Of a stretch of DNA of 64,000 nucleotides, positions 51,284 through 64,000 are shown one piece after another (the first letter of the stretch is position 1; the number at the start of each line of letters is the position of its first letter). The stretch covers positions 22,382,001 to 22,446,000 of the forward strand of contig OX442314.1 of assembly GCA_949358305.1 (NCBI GenBank), in the 5' to 3' direction. The stretch comes from Strigamia acuminata (taxonomy: Eukaryota). The notes below the pieces were generated by a model. That model saw only the letters and a list, made by a program, of their open reading frames with translations. It did no database searches and was not told the origin of the DNA. A program made the translations under genes and the position numbers.

Positions 51284-54200
51284 TTAGCTCTCCTTCGTGT
51301 CGGATTCATCAAACGTCATAGACACGACGCGGCTGTACGGCCCGGGACTGTCGTACCCATCGGACGTCAACGACGACTTCATCGCATCCTCCGAAGTCAT
51401 AGACGACTTCATCGCGTTATCCGACGTCATCGACGACTTCATCGCATCTTCGGACATCATTGACGACTTCATCGCGTCTTCGGACGTCAAAGATGATTTC
51501 ATCAAAGCGTCCGAATTAATCGATGATTTCATCGCATCATCCGACGTCATCGACGACCTCATCGCTTCATCCGGTGGCTGAACTTGCAAGAAATCATTCG
51601 GCCGCTCGTTCGCATCGTCCACCACGTCCAACGACACGTAGTGGCCCACGACCGGTTTCTCCCCGTGTCCATCCGACGCGCTATCATTATTTAATAAATG
51701 AGTGACGTCCGGTAAAGTGACGTACCCGGTGCTGCTCTTTGGGTCGTGGAAACTGAGTCGCGAATATTCGACCGGTAAATCTTCGGTCTCGCTGGTTGAT
51801 GTTGTCGGGGGACATTTGTTCGCGTCGTCCGGCATTTTCGGTGCCGGTGCGGCCTCGGCCGACACGTAGCCGTTGTTGAATCGCCGAAACGGTTCTGTTT
51901 GGTTCGGTAGTGTAGCTGCGATCTGACAGTAAGCTGCTGGAACCGGCGGGTTACTAGGATAATTCATGTACGGGCTTGGTTCGGCGATTCCGAGTTGCGA
52001 GTACGACGACGGCATCGACATCGACGGGGGTGGTGGGTCGCTGGGAAGAACGTAACCACCGTCCTGGGGGTTGCGACTTGCAATTGGTAAATATCCACCG
52101 TTGGGGTCGTCGAAGGAACGTCCAAAATGGGAATAATTAGCTGGCGGTGACGCTTCCGGAAGAACTTCCAACGTTGCGGCAGGCATCAGCAATTTGTGGA
52201 TGTTTGCGAGCGGGTTCTCCGAAAATACCGCGTCCGGGGTGGTGGGAGGCAACGAATCGGACGATTCTGACGACAGGTTTGACCGTGTGGTTTGGACGGA
52301 CGAAAGACTGCTTAAACCGCTGCTGGTTTCGCACGGTGGCTGTTGGTCCGTTCTTGCGTCCGCATGGCGCTGAAGAAGCTGATGGAAACGTCAAAATTAA
52401 ATATTGGCCAATTTTTCAATCAGAATGGTTAATATTTACCTCGTCCATAGACGTGACGCTTAATCGTGTTTCACCCGACGTACTTCTCTGCCTGGCATTG
52501 CCGTTTGCCGTTTTGCTGTTCGGCGTTTTGATCCAACCGTTGCTTTTAAGATTCGGATACGTTTGAATGGAGTTAAAATCGCATGACGATGACTTGTAAT
52601 TGTTCTGTGCAAACAAATTTAAATTATTCATGATTTCATGATTTTATCAAAACGTTGATCAAAATTACCGATTCCAACCCCTTTGGTAAATAAATTTTAA
52701 TGTTTTGAATTTCTCGATACTTTGCTCGGAATCGAATGTAAGCGCAAATGAACATAATACTGAGAATCATTGCTCCTATTGTAGCTGCTACGATGCCTAT
52801 AATTGTGGCTACCATCGGACCATCTGCAAATTAATCAATTAATATTTTTTTCAAACAATAAATTCAAATATTCTTACGGATAGAATAACAACTGTAAGTT
52901 GCCAGTTCGCTCAACGGGCCAACGAGTGACGAACCGTTGAAAAAGTTCACCGCTTCGACCGCAAAGCTGTACACGGCCGTACGGAAGTCTGGCTCTTCGC
53001 ATTTCGTGGATACCAAAAACTCCTGACTCGTGATGTTACGAAACCATTCAACAGTATCGTTGGCATCTCCGTCAGTTTTAACAAGAACCATCAAATTGTA
53101 GTAACTGATAGGTCCATTTGGAAAAACGGGGTCTTCGAATGACGTAAGAACGTGAGTTGCATTTACACCGGATATCGTTGGCCGTATCATAGCACTCGGA
53201 ACTGTAAAATTTAAATTATAAAAACTTAAATACCTCCGTATAACATTCATATTTATTTATTATTTATTTATAGAGACCGGATATTTATGCAAAATAAAAT
53301 TTTGTTTATGTGCATAAAATATGCAAAATAAAATAATTTATTCGATTGAAATAAGGTGTTAAATAACAACTTAATACCATTTCTAAGTGTTCTTGATGTA
53401 AATGCATTATAATTAGTAATTATAATTCATTCTTTTCTATTTTTTAATTTTTTAATTTGTTTATTTCACACATTTAGTGACTTCCCCTGGTTTCTGTTTT
53501 TGGCGAAGTCCTCAGTTCCGATCGCAAATCATAAGTATACATGAAACGTACACGAAACGTACACAATATGTGTCTTAAAAAAAGACAGAAATTGATATGT
53601 ACACGTTACGTATCGTAAAGACGTCATAAATCACCATTTTTTTCGGAAAAATGGCGATTTATGCATTTACTTTTGATTTTTCCGAAATAAGCATTTATCG
53701 CCAATTTCGGCTTTTTATTGAATAAAAATTATTTGTATGCATTTATGCATTTATCCGGTCTCTATATTTATTATTTATTAATTTATTTATTCATTATTAT
53801 TAGCCCAATGACATAAAAGAATACTTATTAGCCCAATGACATAAAAGAATATAATTATTTGCACAATGTCATAAAAGAATATAATTATTAGCCTAATGAC
53901 ATAAAAGAATATAATTATTAGCCAAATGACATAAAAGAATATAATTCTTAGCCCAATCACATAAAATAGCAAATACAAATATGGTTTCATATGTTTCATA
54001 CCTCCGACTGCTGTTGTTTCAACAATCGGCTGAGAAGCGTTAGAACACCCAGCTTCAGTACACGCGATAAGACTCAACGTGTAATTTGTGTACGGAGTTA
54101 ATCCATTTATAATGAACGATCGATTGACGGGGTTTATTACAACTCTCCGGTAATTATATTCCACAATGTATTTCGTAATGATGCCATTTGGGTAATCCGG

Positions 54201-57163
54201 CTCGTCCCAAGCCGCAGTTATAGTCGTGTTACCGATTCCGACAACCTTTAATCTTTCCGTCGTCAGAACAGGACCTTAATTACAAAGAAAATCAAGACAT
54301 TTTCTCACATTTAAAACAATGTTACATCACTTACGACTCTGCATCGTTTTCTCGAATTTCCCATCGCTTTGTTCCCCTTCGCCAGCCCGTGTTAACGCAG
54401 CTACGGTGATCTTGTAGTAATAAAACGGTTTCAAATTGCTTACGAGATATTCCTCCGCGTGAGAGCCGTTTTGAAACGCTTCTTCTTGCTTCCCCGTGCA
54501 TTTAGCTGCTATGGAATCACTATTCGTACTGCAGTAATAAATCTTGTATCCCAATACTATTCCAATACGTTCGGTACAATCTAATTTCCACGTGACTTTG
54601 ATGCTTGTGGAACTTATGGCCGTCAATTTCACAGTTTTCATTTTATTTATTTCTACAAAATAAAATAAATTTAGGTATAACATTTTGAAATTTGTGAATA
54701 TATTACTCACTTCCGTTATAAGGAATAGTGCACGTTGCCCACACAATCCCGCTGGTTCTTTGAAGCGTGTGCGCAGCAACAGCAAAGTGGTAATTCTTCA
54801 GTTCGTCTTCCAACGTCAAGTTATAAGCACGAACCTCCTTCGTCACGTGTACCCAGGACAAATTTCCTCTGCACATGAAAGGATGCGGTTTGATATTATC
54901 GCACCAATACAACGTGAAATCGGATTCCACGCTTTCAAGTTCGGCTGGTCGCCAAGATAACTCGTAAATGCCATTTCCAAAGTAGATTACCGTAAATCTT
55001 TCGGGTGGAGACAGGACTAAAAATAAAAAATTAAAATAAATAAAATCCTAATAAATTGGTGTACAAAAGTGAACTTACGCTCAGATTTCTTCGGAATAAG
55101 CAATTCTGAATGATTAAATGATTCGCCGATTTCATTAACCGACGTTAATCTGAACGTATAAGCCTCTTCTAACATTAACCCCTCAAACACGGCGAAACTT
55201 TCAGTGATATTCTGAGGATAAACTACGTTGTTTCCATTAACAGCTGTGACGTTATATCTAAATCCTTTTCCATTGTGTTGATAGATGGGAATCATCTGTT
55301 ACAATTAAAATTAGCAATATATTTTTAAAAATAAATAATAATCGATACTTTACCTGCCAAAACAATATAGCATGTCTATTATTAAGGAACGGTCGTTCTT
55401 GAAATGAACTTGAAGAAACATTGGGTGGCTTAGTAGGAACTAATTTAACAAAAACAAATAATTAATAACCCAATTTAAATCTTAATTTATCTCAAATTAC
55501 CATCGGGTAAAGTCAAAACACTAAAAGTTGCATTTTCACTCCACAGCCTGACATCATCACCAGCAACTGCTGATTTCGCTTGAACTTTAAAAGTGAGATT
55601 TGTAAACGGTTGAAGATCATTCAGTGTGAGATTCTCTACCGACTCGATCATCTAAAAGAAAGAAATTATAAAAAAAAATAAAAAAAATAAAAAAAACTGT
55701 TTCCTTGCACAATAAAACAATAAAATATACCTTCCAGTCCTCGGAATCCCATTGGGAGCGATAAAACACTCTATAAATCAACCCGGGAGGGAATTTGCCC
55801 ATTAATTTGGGTGTAGACCAAGCCAACGTCAATGAATGAGAAGTTAAGTCGATGGCAGTAATATTTTCAGGTGCATTCGGTCTCACTGTAAATAACAAAA
55901 TCCTAGACATAAAAAAAATTATTCTTTTCCTTAAAAGAAATGAAACATACCTTGTTTATAGTGTTCAATCACGTAGGGCCATTGCTTATCCCCCAAAACA
56001 CTACTAGCGGATAAAATGAAATAATACTTGTCCGCAGTTTGTCCGTAAGGCGGCGTGGAGGAAGTTGTGATGTTGCAAAACACCATATTTCTTTTCTTAT
56101 CTTGCGTGACGTTACAGTTTGATAAAGCAGAAACTCTGTTTCTCCGATACTGCAATGTATACGTCGGCTTCACCGGATTAAAAGGTCTCAAAAAACTACA
56201 TTCCAAGTATGCCCAATTCGGGGAAACGCAAAAAAAATCGCTCACATTTTGCGGAACATCTAAAAAAAAAAAAAAAAAAATTCAAGAAAATTTTCCAAAA
56301 ACAATTTAATCGACTTACAGCCAACATCGACATTATTATGGCACACATACTGCGTACTCGTTTTATTCTTAAAAAGGCATAGATAAACTCCACTCCTTTC
56401 GACAGTTGCATTAGGTATGACCAGTTCATTCGTGTAATTATCAATCACGTGAACGTATTCCGACGGTAGCGCAGTGCCATCTTTAGACCAGATCAATCCG
56501 CTCACATCACCGCCTCCCTTGGCTTCCATCACTGTTTTGTTCAGTATACATTGTATCCTGACAGTAGAACCCACTAGTTCTTTCACATCTCCTTGTGGCG
56601 AAACACCTGGGAAAACAATAAAGCAATTATTATCATAATACCGTAAATCACCCATGAAGCATGAAATATTTTCTTCTCCATTAATTTGATTCATTAATAC
56701 GAAAATTGGCAAGCAAATGGAAAAGTTTAGTACTTTGCTGATAAGTGTAGCACAAGAATAGAATTTAATTTGGTGCAACATTCCACTGGATTTAAAAGTT
56801 TAAAGCTATTTTCAATTGTCCACGCTTCATCAGACGTGGAAAGTCATTTGAACCACTAAACAATTTTGATTTAATAATCCGATAATTTTTTTTACTAGTT
56901 CTATTGAGTAAATTGTATCAAAAAAGCTTTGAATATTTCATTTCAGTATATTTTATCGGATTGCACATCAGCATCCATCCTGATATCTGATGAAATCAAG
57001 AAAACAAACGTCCCATTTATCATTTATCGCAATTAGAAAAATGATTAATGAATGGAAATTGAAAGAAAAAATAAAATTTATACTTACTTCCTATACCTTG
57101 CATATATATACTGCATCCTTCTATTGATGAAATTAAGAGCGCGATAAGAATCCAAATGAACAT
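51284..57163 (-). CDS. dome: Type I cytokine receptor, domeless/gp130-like, paralog B (14 coding exons by my reading, compact)
   Basis: Signal-peptide exon 57088-57163 (MFIWILIALLISSIEGC...). Ig exon ~56319-56607. Cytokine-binding and FnIII exons ~52879-56260 (FCVSPNWAYLEC, RLWSE). TM plus Box1 exon ~52669-52824 (IIGIVAATIGAMILSIMFIC...IKIYLPKGLES). Exon ~52439-52604. Last exon 51284-52378 with many Tyr motifs. Confidence 0.88.
51358..51570 (-). repeat. Coding 30-bp minisatellite (~7 copies of EDAMKSSMTS) in the dome-B cytoplasmic tail
   Basis: Repeated plus-strand unit ccgacgtcatcgacgacttcatcgcatc(c/t)t, in frame in ORF 51284-52252. Confidence 0.9.
53271..53764. mobile_element. hAT-like MITE in a dome-B intron
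   Basis: TIR TAGAGACCGGATA...TATCCGGTCTCTA, inserted in (TATT)n so the TSD is ambiguous. Confidence 0.65.
53795..53966. repeat. ~30-bp intronic minisatellite (~6 copies)
   Basis: Repeated attagcccaatgacataaaagaatataatt. Confidence 0.8.
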
Positions 57164-58641
57164 GATAAGTAAAAATTCAAAATAACCAACGGGAATACGA
57201 TCGGTTCATGATTTATCTGTTAAAAACTGTAAAAAAAATAAATAAATAAAAATGTTTACTCAATTTTAATATCTTCGCCAACTAATGTGAATTTTATTTA
57301 CACTCGAAGACTGTTTACCCTAAACCACTTAATTCAAACACTATAGGCCTAACTCCGCATCTTTTAATGACTCCCACGGTGTAAATTTCCCCACAAAAAC
57401 CTATCTCACAACTTCCTGCTCACACTGCTGGCACCATTAGTCAATACCGGAACTATAATTCAAAACCTTATGACAGATCATCCAAATACTCAAAAGAAAA
57501 AATAAAGAAAGAAAAATAAAGAAATAAAAAACGTTAACCCTAACGCCCGCTAACACTACGGCGCTTCACATTACCTTTTTTGAATCATTTTGCCCTTTGC
57601 TCAACTTTTAACTTCATTTACATGGCGAATATTTCCTGAGCAATAAAATTTAATTTTTTTTTTCTGCCGGTATTTCGTAACTAAATTACCACATGTCAAA
57701 ATTTCGAGTTAACACCCTTTTCTATTCAAGGCTGACTTAATTATTTTATCACCAATATCTCTAAAACAACATTTCCCCAACTTTGGCCTTGAGATACCCA
57801 ATACTACCAGATTTGATTTCAACTTGAATCAGACTTTTACTGGTAAGCTTAAACCTTAATGAATAATTTCCTAGACCGGTTATCACATCCTCAATAAAAA
57901 AAAATTACTAACTTATTCTATTCTTATTAATTCTAAACAAATGTAATAATTTTTTATTGTTTTCCCAGCGTGTAATATGATAAAAGGATACAAAAGTACC
58001 GTACCAAATCGCAAACCCAAAAAGATAGAGATAAAAAAAATATCATCAACCTTCAAGGTCACTAGACCTTTCTTCGAGGTATTATAAACCATTTTTGTTC
58101 TTCGAAGAATCCCAACCACAAATAGACCTCTCTAGACTGAATTCGTGTTACTATAAACAAACCACAACCTCACACAACTCAACGAATTATCGACAATTTT
58201 TTGTGACAACAAAAAATAAAAACGTAAATAAAAAAAACTTAACTACAAAGTATATTAACTGATAATTTAATAATAACGGGTTCGCGAAACAATTTCTGTC
58301 TCACGAAGCGCCATATACTTACTAATCAGTAACCACACAAAAATGCCATTTAACCTTTTTCAGCAGTAATTCACGTCACGTTCCAAAAACAACAACTTGT
58401 GTAAAATAATACGCCAAAATAATACACTTTTTCCACTCGAATTAGTTTATCCCCCCAAAATCTAGTTTTTTTCCGTATTACTCAATTTACGCCGTAAAAT
58501 GACGTCAATATGACTAATTACTTAAATACCATCATAATTATTAATTACGTTAAAATCAGGACTTTCCTCGTGTTTTTCCTACATAAAATATTGAAATATG
58601 TAATAAATCCAATCTGAAATGTACACACCTGAAATACTAAC

Positions 58642-58830
58642 CGACCCCCCGTGGTCTAGTAAACAATACAAGCGCTCGCAATTTGATAATAACAGTTTCG
58701 CCAGTGCGAGATTCAATACCTGCTGGCTCCAACTTTCCTTCCCGTTATCAGTTTAGGCACTTGAGACTATGGTCAAGTACAGGAAGTACAAGCAATCACA
58801 GAGCCTATTTATTTATCTATTTGTTTGCAT
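58642..58830 (+). mobile_element. Possible degenerate tRNA-derived SINE
   Basis: Box A-like GTGGTCTAGT, box B-like GAGATTCAATACC and a (TTTA)n-like tail. Only one copy seen. Confidence 0.3.
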
Positions 58831-60318
58831 GTTTTCCTTCAAAGAGGGGGACAAATAAGTGCAGCACTTTTAAACCCTTCCTCAACCATTGACCCCAAAA
58901 ACAAGTACAGGATGCAAAAAGGAGGAGGAGCAGGTTTGAGCCATTTGCACCTTGGTTGAAAATTGTTGCTCAGTGGTTCCACGTGTGTTTCAAGAGATTA
59001 AAAGAAAATTTTTAGAATTTTTTTTATCTTTTTTGTTAAATTAAAATTGCTCAGGTTGTTGTTATATAATGGAAAACACGTGGTATTAAATATAGCCGTT
59101 ACTAAAACGCAGTTTTATGTTGTAGTTATTTCTCAGAAAACAAATCAAACCAATTAGCCATTACTCGGTTCTAATTGCCTGACCAAACGACCCAAATCTG
59201 TCAACAAACAGTTTAATACATGATGGATAATATATATTTCACTCCCATTAATCGTGTTTATTTTTGTATTTATTTTAGATTATGTAAATTTTGAGAAATA
59301 GAATTCCTTATTTAACATTAGAACGACGTACGATATTTTTTAAAAGTGACCTTAGGTTGGGTTAAGCACTTTACCTCGTTAAAACACCAAAAAAAAAATA
59401 TATAAAGTTGAAATTTCAGACGTTTTATTAGTGCAGGTGTTTGGGTCTTATTTCATTCCCTGTTATTGCTCGTCAACGTTGAACTTTCCACATCACACTC
59501 AGCCAAGCAAACTAATTAAATTGACTAATTCGCTCGATGTACACATTTTAAAACACCCACACACAATAGAATTTCAAAATCGGAAATTTTCCTTGTCTAA
59601 AAATTCATCAAACGCTGAAATTTGTGAATAATTTGACACAAAAAATGTGTAAAATCTGAAAAATTGTCAAAAATTGTGAAAATTATATAAATTTTTTTCT
59701 CAAATTTCGTTCTCATTTAATGAATTTTTATCCATTTTACAAGTAAACAAAATCATCTTAAACCTAATTTACTTACCTAACTAAAATAAAAATGAAGAAA
59801 AAAACCTCCGGACTACAAAATTCATCAAAAAATCTCCACGTTTTGATCGTGCACGCAAATGTTAACCTTCAACGTCGAGCGAGATCTAGGAATAGAATAA
59901 AAAGCCATAAGATATAACAAGTAATAAAAATAAACATGTTGATAAATATTGTGGACATTAACGAGGTTTCTAAGTCATCCACTTTCCCTGGCCTTGATCA
60001 ACACAATGAGGAAAGAAATAAAATAAATAATAAATAAAAAGGGAAATGTATGACAAAAGGTATAACAACTTGCAACATGTCGCTTTCGTTATTGTATTTT
60101 AAAAAATAAAATAAACTCAATTATACGAGCAAATGGCAATTTATCATGTTTAAGGATCCACAAAATAAATTCATCACAACTGATAAAATCTCAAATTTGA
60201 TATAGGCCTATACGTGCCGTTCATCCACAATTTTTCGAGTAAAAACTTCAAAAATCCTGTAAGCGGATTAAGATTTTTATTTAAGATGACATCTAGTGGT
60301 CAAATTGTTAAATTCTTC

Positions 60319-60627
60319 TTCTTGGAATTTGTGCGCTTTGGTATAAAATTAATTCTAATGAAATAATGTGATAACAGGTACAAAAAAAGAGCGAAAAAAA
60401 TATAAAAAAAATAAATCCAGTTTTGTTTACTTTTCTCGGAACAAACTCAGCCTCTTTCTTGAACATCATTTTTTTTTCATTATGTATTTTATAATACTTA
60501 TCATTACTTTTTTTCTTCTTTTCTTACGAGTATCTTGTCATTTAAATATTCGTGTCCAGATTTTTAAGATGGCAAACAACCTGTTCCCAGTGTAAATATG
60601 TCAAGCCATCAGTTAGGCTTCCTGGAA
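60319..60627. promoter_or_regulatory. Cluster of three STAT consensus sites (TTCnnnGAA) upstream of the dome-B start codon
   Basis: TTCTTGGAA at 60319-60327, TTCTCGGAA at 60433-60441 and TTCCTGGAA at 60619-60627. Confidence 0.4.
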
Positions 60628-60849
60628 ATTTTTCCAACTGAATTTATTAAGCTTACTTTTTGACCTTACCTTAATCCCCCCTGTTGAAAATATTAATAGA
60701 ATAGGAACAAGAAGGCATCAAATAACAGAAATAAACAATAATATTATCAAGTAAAGAAAAAAAAAACAAACAAAAACATGTTTACCTTAAAAGATTATGA
60801 TATTTTACAATACAAGTTGCAAATTTACAACCAAAACTTCAAAAATTTA

Positions 60850-61055
60850 TGTTTTTTTCACAAAAAAATCAAAAATCCGAATATTTTTTCACAATAAAAT
60901 CAAAAATCCGAATATTTTTCACAATAAAATCTAAAATTCGAATATTTTTCACAAAAAATCAAAAATTATAATTTTTTTCAGAAAAAATTTAAATATTCTA
61001 TTTTTTTTCACAAAAAATTTAAATATTCTAATTTTTTTCACAAAAAAATCAAAAA
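60850..61055. repeat. AT-rich ~31-bp tandem repeat
   Basis: Repeated aaaaatcaaaaatccgaatattttttcaca. Confidence 0.7.
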
Positions 61056-62219
61056 CTCCAGTTTCTCAAGAAAAAAAGCAAAAAAATCAAATTTTGTTTG
61101 TTTAAAAACAGATCAAATTTCTAATTTTGTTACCTAAAAAAATCAAAAATAACCAAATATTTTTGTCCGAAATAGAATTTAATAACACAGAAAAGAAGAA
61201 AAAGTTGACATTGCATCAATAACCACTGAGCAAATGCCTTCCAAGGTAATAATTAAACAAATATAGAACCGAAATCGATATAGCTCAGTGCGAATGGACC
61301 AATGACAGACCCCATTGCAACAATGTAGCAATACTTTCCCATTCCTGTACTAACTGCGTAGCCCCATCGGTATTCGCATATTCTTATCAACAAATACTAC
61401 TTATCATATTATCGAGATCTTTATCTACTTCGGAGGTGACAATTATAAGTGAATTAAATGATATTTACCTGTGAAATGTCACGTAAACGGCATAGAATAA
61501 GATTAATTTCACAGAAGCAATGAAACTTCACGAACATAGAGCCAATGTCCAGACGGGAGTAGTCGGCTTCTCTAGGTCGGGTCTTTTCCACGAATTTGAC
61601 GTAGCTGATGACGCGTATTTCAATCGAGTGTCTCGCCAGGATATCAACTTATATTTTTAGTGTTGATCGCCACCTCTTTGGAAAATTTTGCAACTATTTT
61701 TCCCAAAAATCTGTACAAATCGAGATACAAATCCAGCAAAATGTTATTTAATATTTCATCAGTGTGTGACAAATTTATTTTTATCTGTCCATCTAAAAGT
61801 CTAAAATTAAAAAGTAATTTAATCTGACGATAAGATTATTTTATCAATGTTTTCATATACATATTAATAATTATTGCAATAAACTGATCGAAAAATAAGT
61901 TCTCACTGACGCCCATAGACGTCGCGTGTACTCGAAAGGGTTATTTCGCGTTTTTTTTTGTTTCGTTTTTTTAAAAAATAATTTTGGGTGGCGTGACACA
62001 TGTGCGCTGCAGAGAAAATTCGGAATAAATTCCGACATAATATTTAATAAATTTTAGCAATTAAAAAATAATTTATCAGAAAAAAAAATCTCCACTCAAG
62101 GTCACTTGAAATTTCAAACTGCGATGTGTGTTTTACACGTGTGCGTCATATAACTTGTAGCATTTTCCGTCTTGGACGATAAATACGATCTTGTTCGTAA
62201 ATGTCGGTCAATAATAATT

Positions 62220-64000
62220 ATGATTACAAAAAACTTAAACAAATTGATCCGAACCGACGGATGGATGCATTCCACAATTTCCAACCGGCGCAAGGTAACC
62301 GCCACTCCGCAATTTCACCCAAAAAAGGTCCTCGTCTTATCAAAAATAACGCGATATGAATTCGAGAGACGACGACATCCCAATTTTACCGAAAAACAGC
62401 TTTCCGACGCGGTAACTTTCTCAAAAAAATAACATTTTTTCTTCTAAATGAATTATTTATTTATTTATTTTCATTTAAGTTGGCTAAACGTGGCTCGGAC
62501 TACAAGGGACTTTTGTACCATCATGACATCCACACAAAATGTTTGAATTTAGTTACGGAAACCCTCAGGTATCCTAAAGAAATCTAAAAAACACATAAAA
62601 TAAAAATAAAAATTCTTTATCGATATTTTATTATACCGTACGTGATAAATTTATTTCAGACGGCACGACATAGAGACGAAAGTAGTTCAAAGATCTAATT
62701 ATAAGGAAGAATGCATTGACTGGGCAGATGCCATTTTATCTACAGGCGGCGATGGGACATTTTTATTAGGAGCAAGTCGAATTCAAGATTCCAATAAACT
62801 CATAATAGGAATAAATAGCGATCCTTCAAGGTTTTATATCTAAGGGGGTTTCATGTCGCAGATTATAATCCATTTTTTAGATTAAATTAATTCAAACTGC
62901 GCAATTGCAAAGGTTAAAATCATGAAAAAATAAACCTCTCCTGACTGGTATAAGTTTAAAAATTAAGGATTATTGCAAATGGCGCCAGATTAGATGATCT
63001 ACCACTTCAACCATCGCGTGTAGAATTCTATACTCAACTGGTGTTGATTTGAATCATCGATTTAATTCTGCTTTGATTGAACTAAAAAATAATCAAAGAT
63101 CTCACATCCTGTGTTGTAATCTTAAGGTTTTTATTTTTTTATTATAATCTGTTGCGTGAAACCCTTAGAGAGATGAAATTGATATTAGAAATAATAAAAT
63201 TTGTTTTTATTTTTGTTAAATTTAGGTCTGAAGGTTATTTGTGTTTACCAGCAAAATACTCGACTGAATTTCCGCTAGCTATGAAGAAACTTCTCGAGGG
63301 ACGTTTCCGATGGAATCTGAGGCACCGCGTCCGAATCACGTTGACCGGCGAACACGCGTTTGAGCCTCCGCTGGAATTACACGATTCGCAGCTCACGTAT
63401 CCCGAGTACAGATTCATGGATTGCATTCAAGAGCACCACAAAGCCGCGTTGCAGTTACCAAAGAATGTTGACAACAGACAGGTTCGCGTTCTTCCCGTTC
63501 TTGCACTTAACGAAGTGTTTATCGGAGAATCTCTTTCATCAAGGTGTTAATCATGATAGTCATCCTTGTAAATTGCAATTTTGTGGACTGTAAAATGTGT
63601 ATTAATCTCTTTCAATTGTAGGGTGTCGTACTACGAAATATCAATCGACGGAGGAAAGAGAGTCAAACAGAAGAGCTCGGGTGTTACTATCTGCACCGGC
63701 ACGGGGTCTTCATCTTGGTACTTTAATATCAACAAACTGACGCAGCAATGTGTGCACAATCTGCTCAATATTGGTACAAAACAAAATGGCGGCTGGGCTT
63801 CGTAACGTCTAACGAGTGTTTATTTGCAGTTAAGGAAGAAACCGGGTGCGGAATCAGCATAACACCGGAATTAGGGAACAAAATCCAATCGAAATTCAAT
63901 AATTCTTTATATTTTGATCCTGAGGAATTAAAAATGGCGTACACCATTCGTGATCCGGTGGTTAATGGAACTGTATACACATCGAAGCCTCGCGGTTTTG
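62220..64000 (+). CDS. NADK2: Mitochondrial NAD kinase 2, 5' exons (continues beyond the window)
   Basis: KVLVLSKITRYEFE...|LAKRGSDY...|WADAILSTGGDGTFLL...GINSDP.R|SEGYLCLP...VLALNEVFIGE..S.R|VSYYEIS...KQKSSGVTICTGTGSSSWYFNIN. The start ATG at 62220 is tentative. Confidence 0.92.

Noticed and set aside
51297..51581. Plus-strand ORF with repeated DDFIASSDVI
   Set aside because: Antisense reading of the dome-B coding minisatellite.
62124..62219. Earlier NADK2 start (ATG near 62124, or the TTG start in the ORF track)
   Set aside because: The upstream ATG reading stops after nine codons, and TTG starts are not expected in this eukaryotic context.

Overview
AT-rich eukaryotic genomic DNA with GT-AG introns, most likely from an arthropod; the species cannot be determined from the sequence. 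Genes from left to right: the last exon of a pyrokinin/PRXamide-type GPCR (+); a domeless/gp130-like cytokine receptor, paralog A (-, 16215-32541); an intact 2970-bp piggyBac transposon; ZnT7/SLC30A7 (+); a vasculin/GPBP1-like gene (-); TMEM69 (+); a second, compact domeless-like paralog B (-, 51284-57163); and the 5' part of mitochondrial NAD kinase NADK2 (+). The left ~30 kb is dense with MITEs and deleted DNA transposons (Tc1/pogo, Harbinger, Mutator, hAT) plus a 5S-rRNA-derived SINE-like family. The main finding is that the piggyBac element carries a second gene that the ORF track misses: four exons on the antisense strand, canonical splice sites, phases that join in frame, 113 aa, tail-to-tail with the transposase. 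It contains an R-x3-Y-R...P-x6-I-R-K-x-Y-P pattern reminiscent of the P2X7 ballast/KolX-type accessory domain. All exon boundaries were read by eye and family assignments rest on motif recognition, not database searches.
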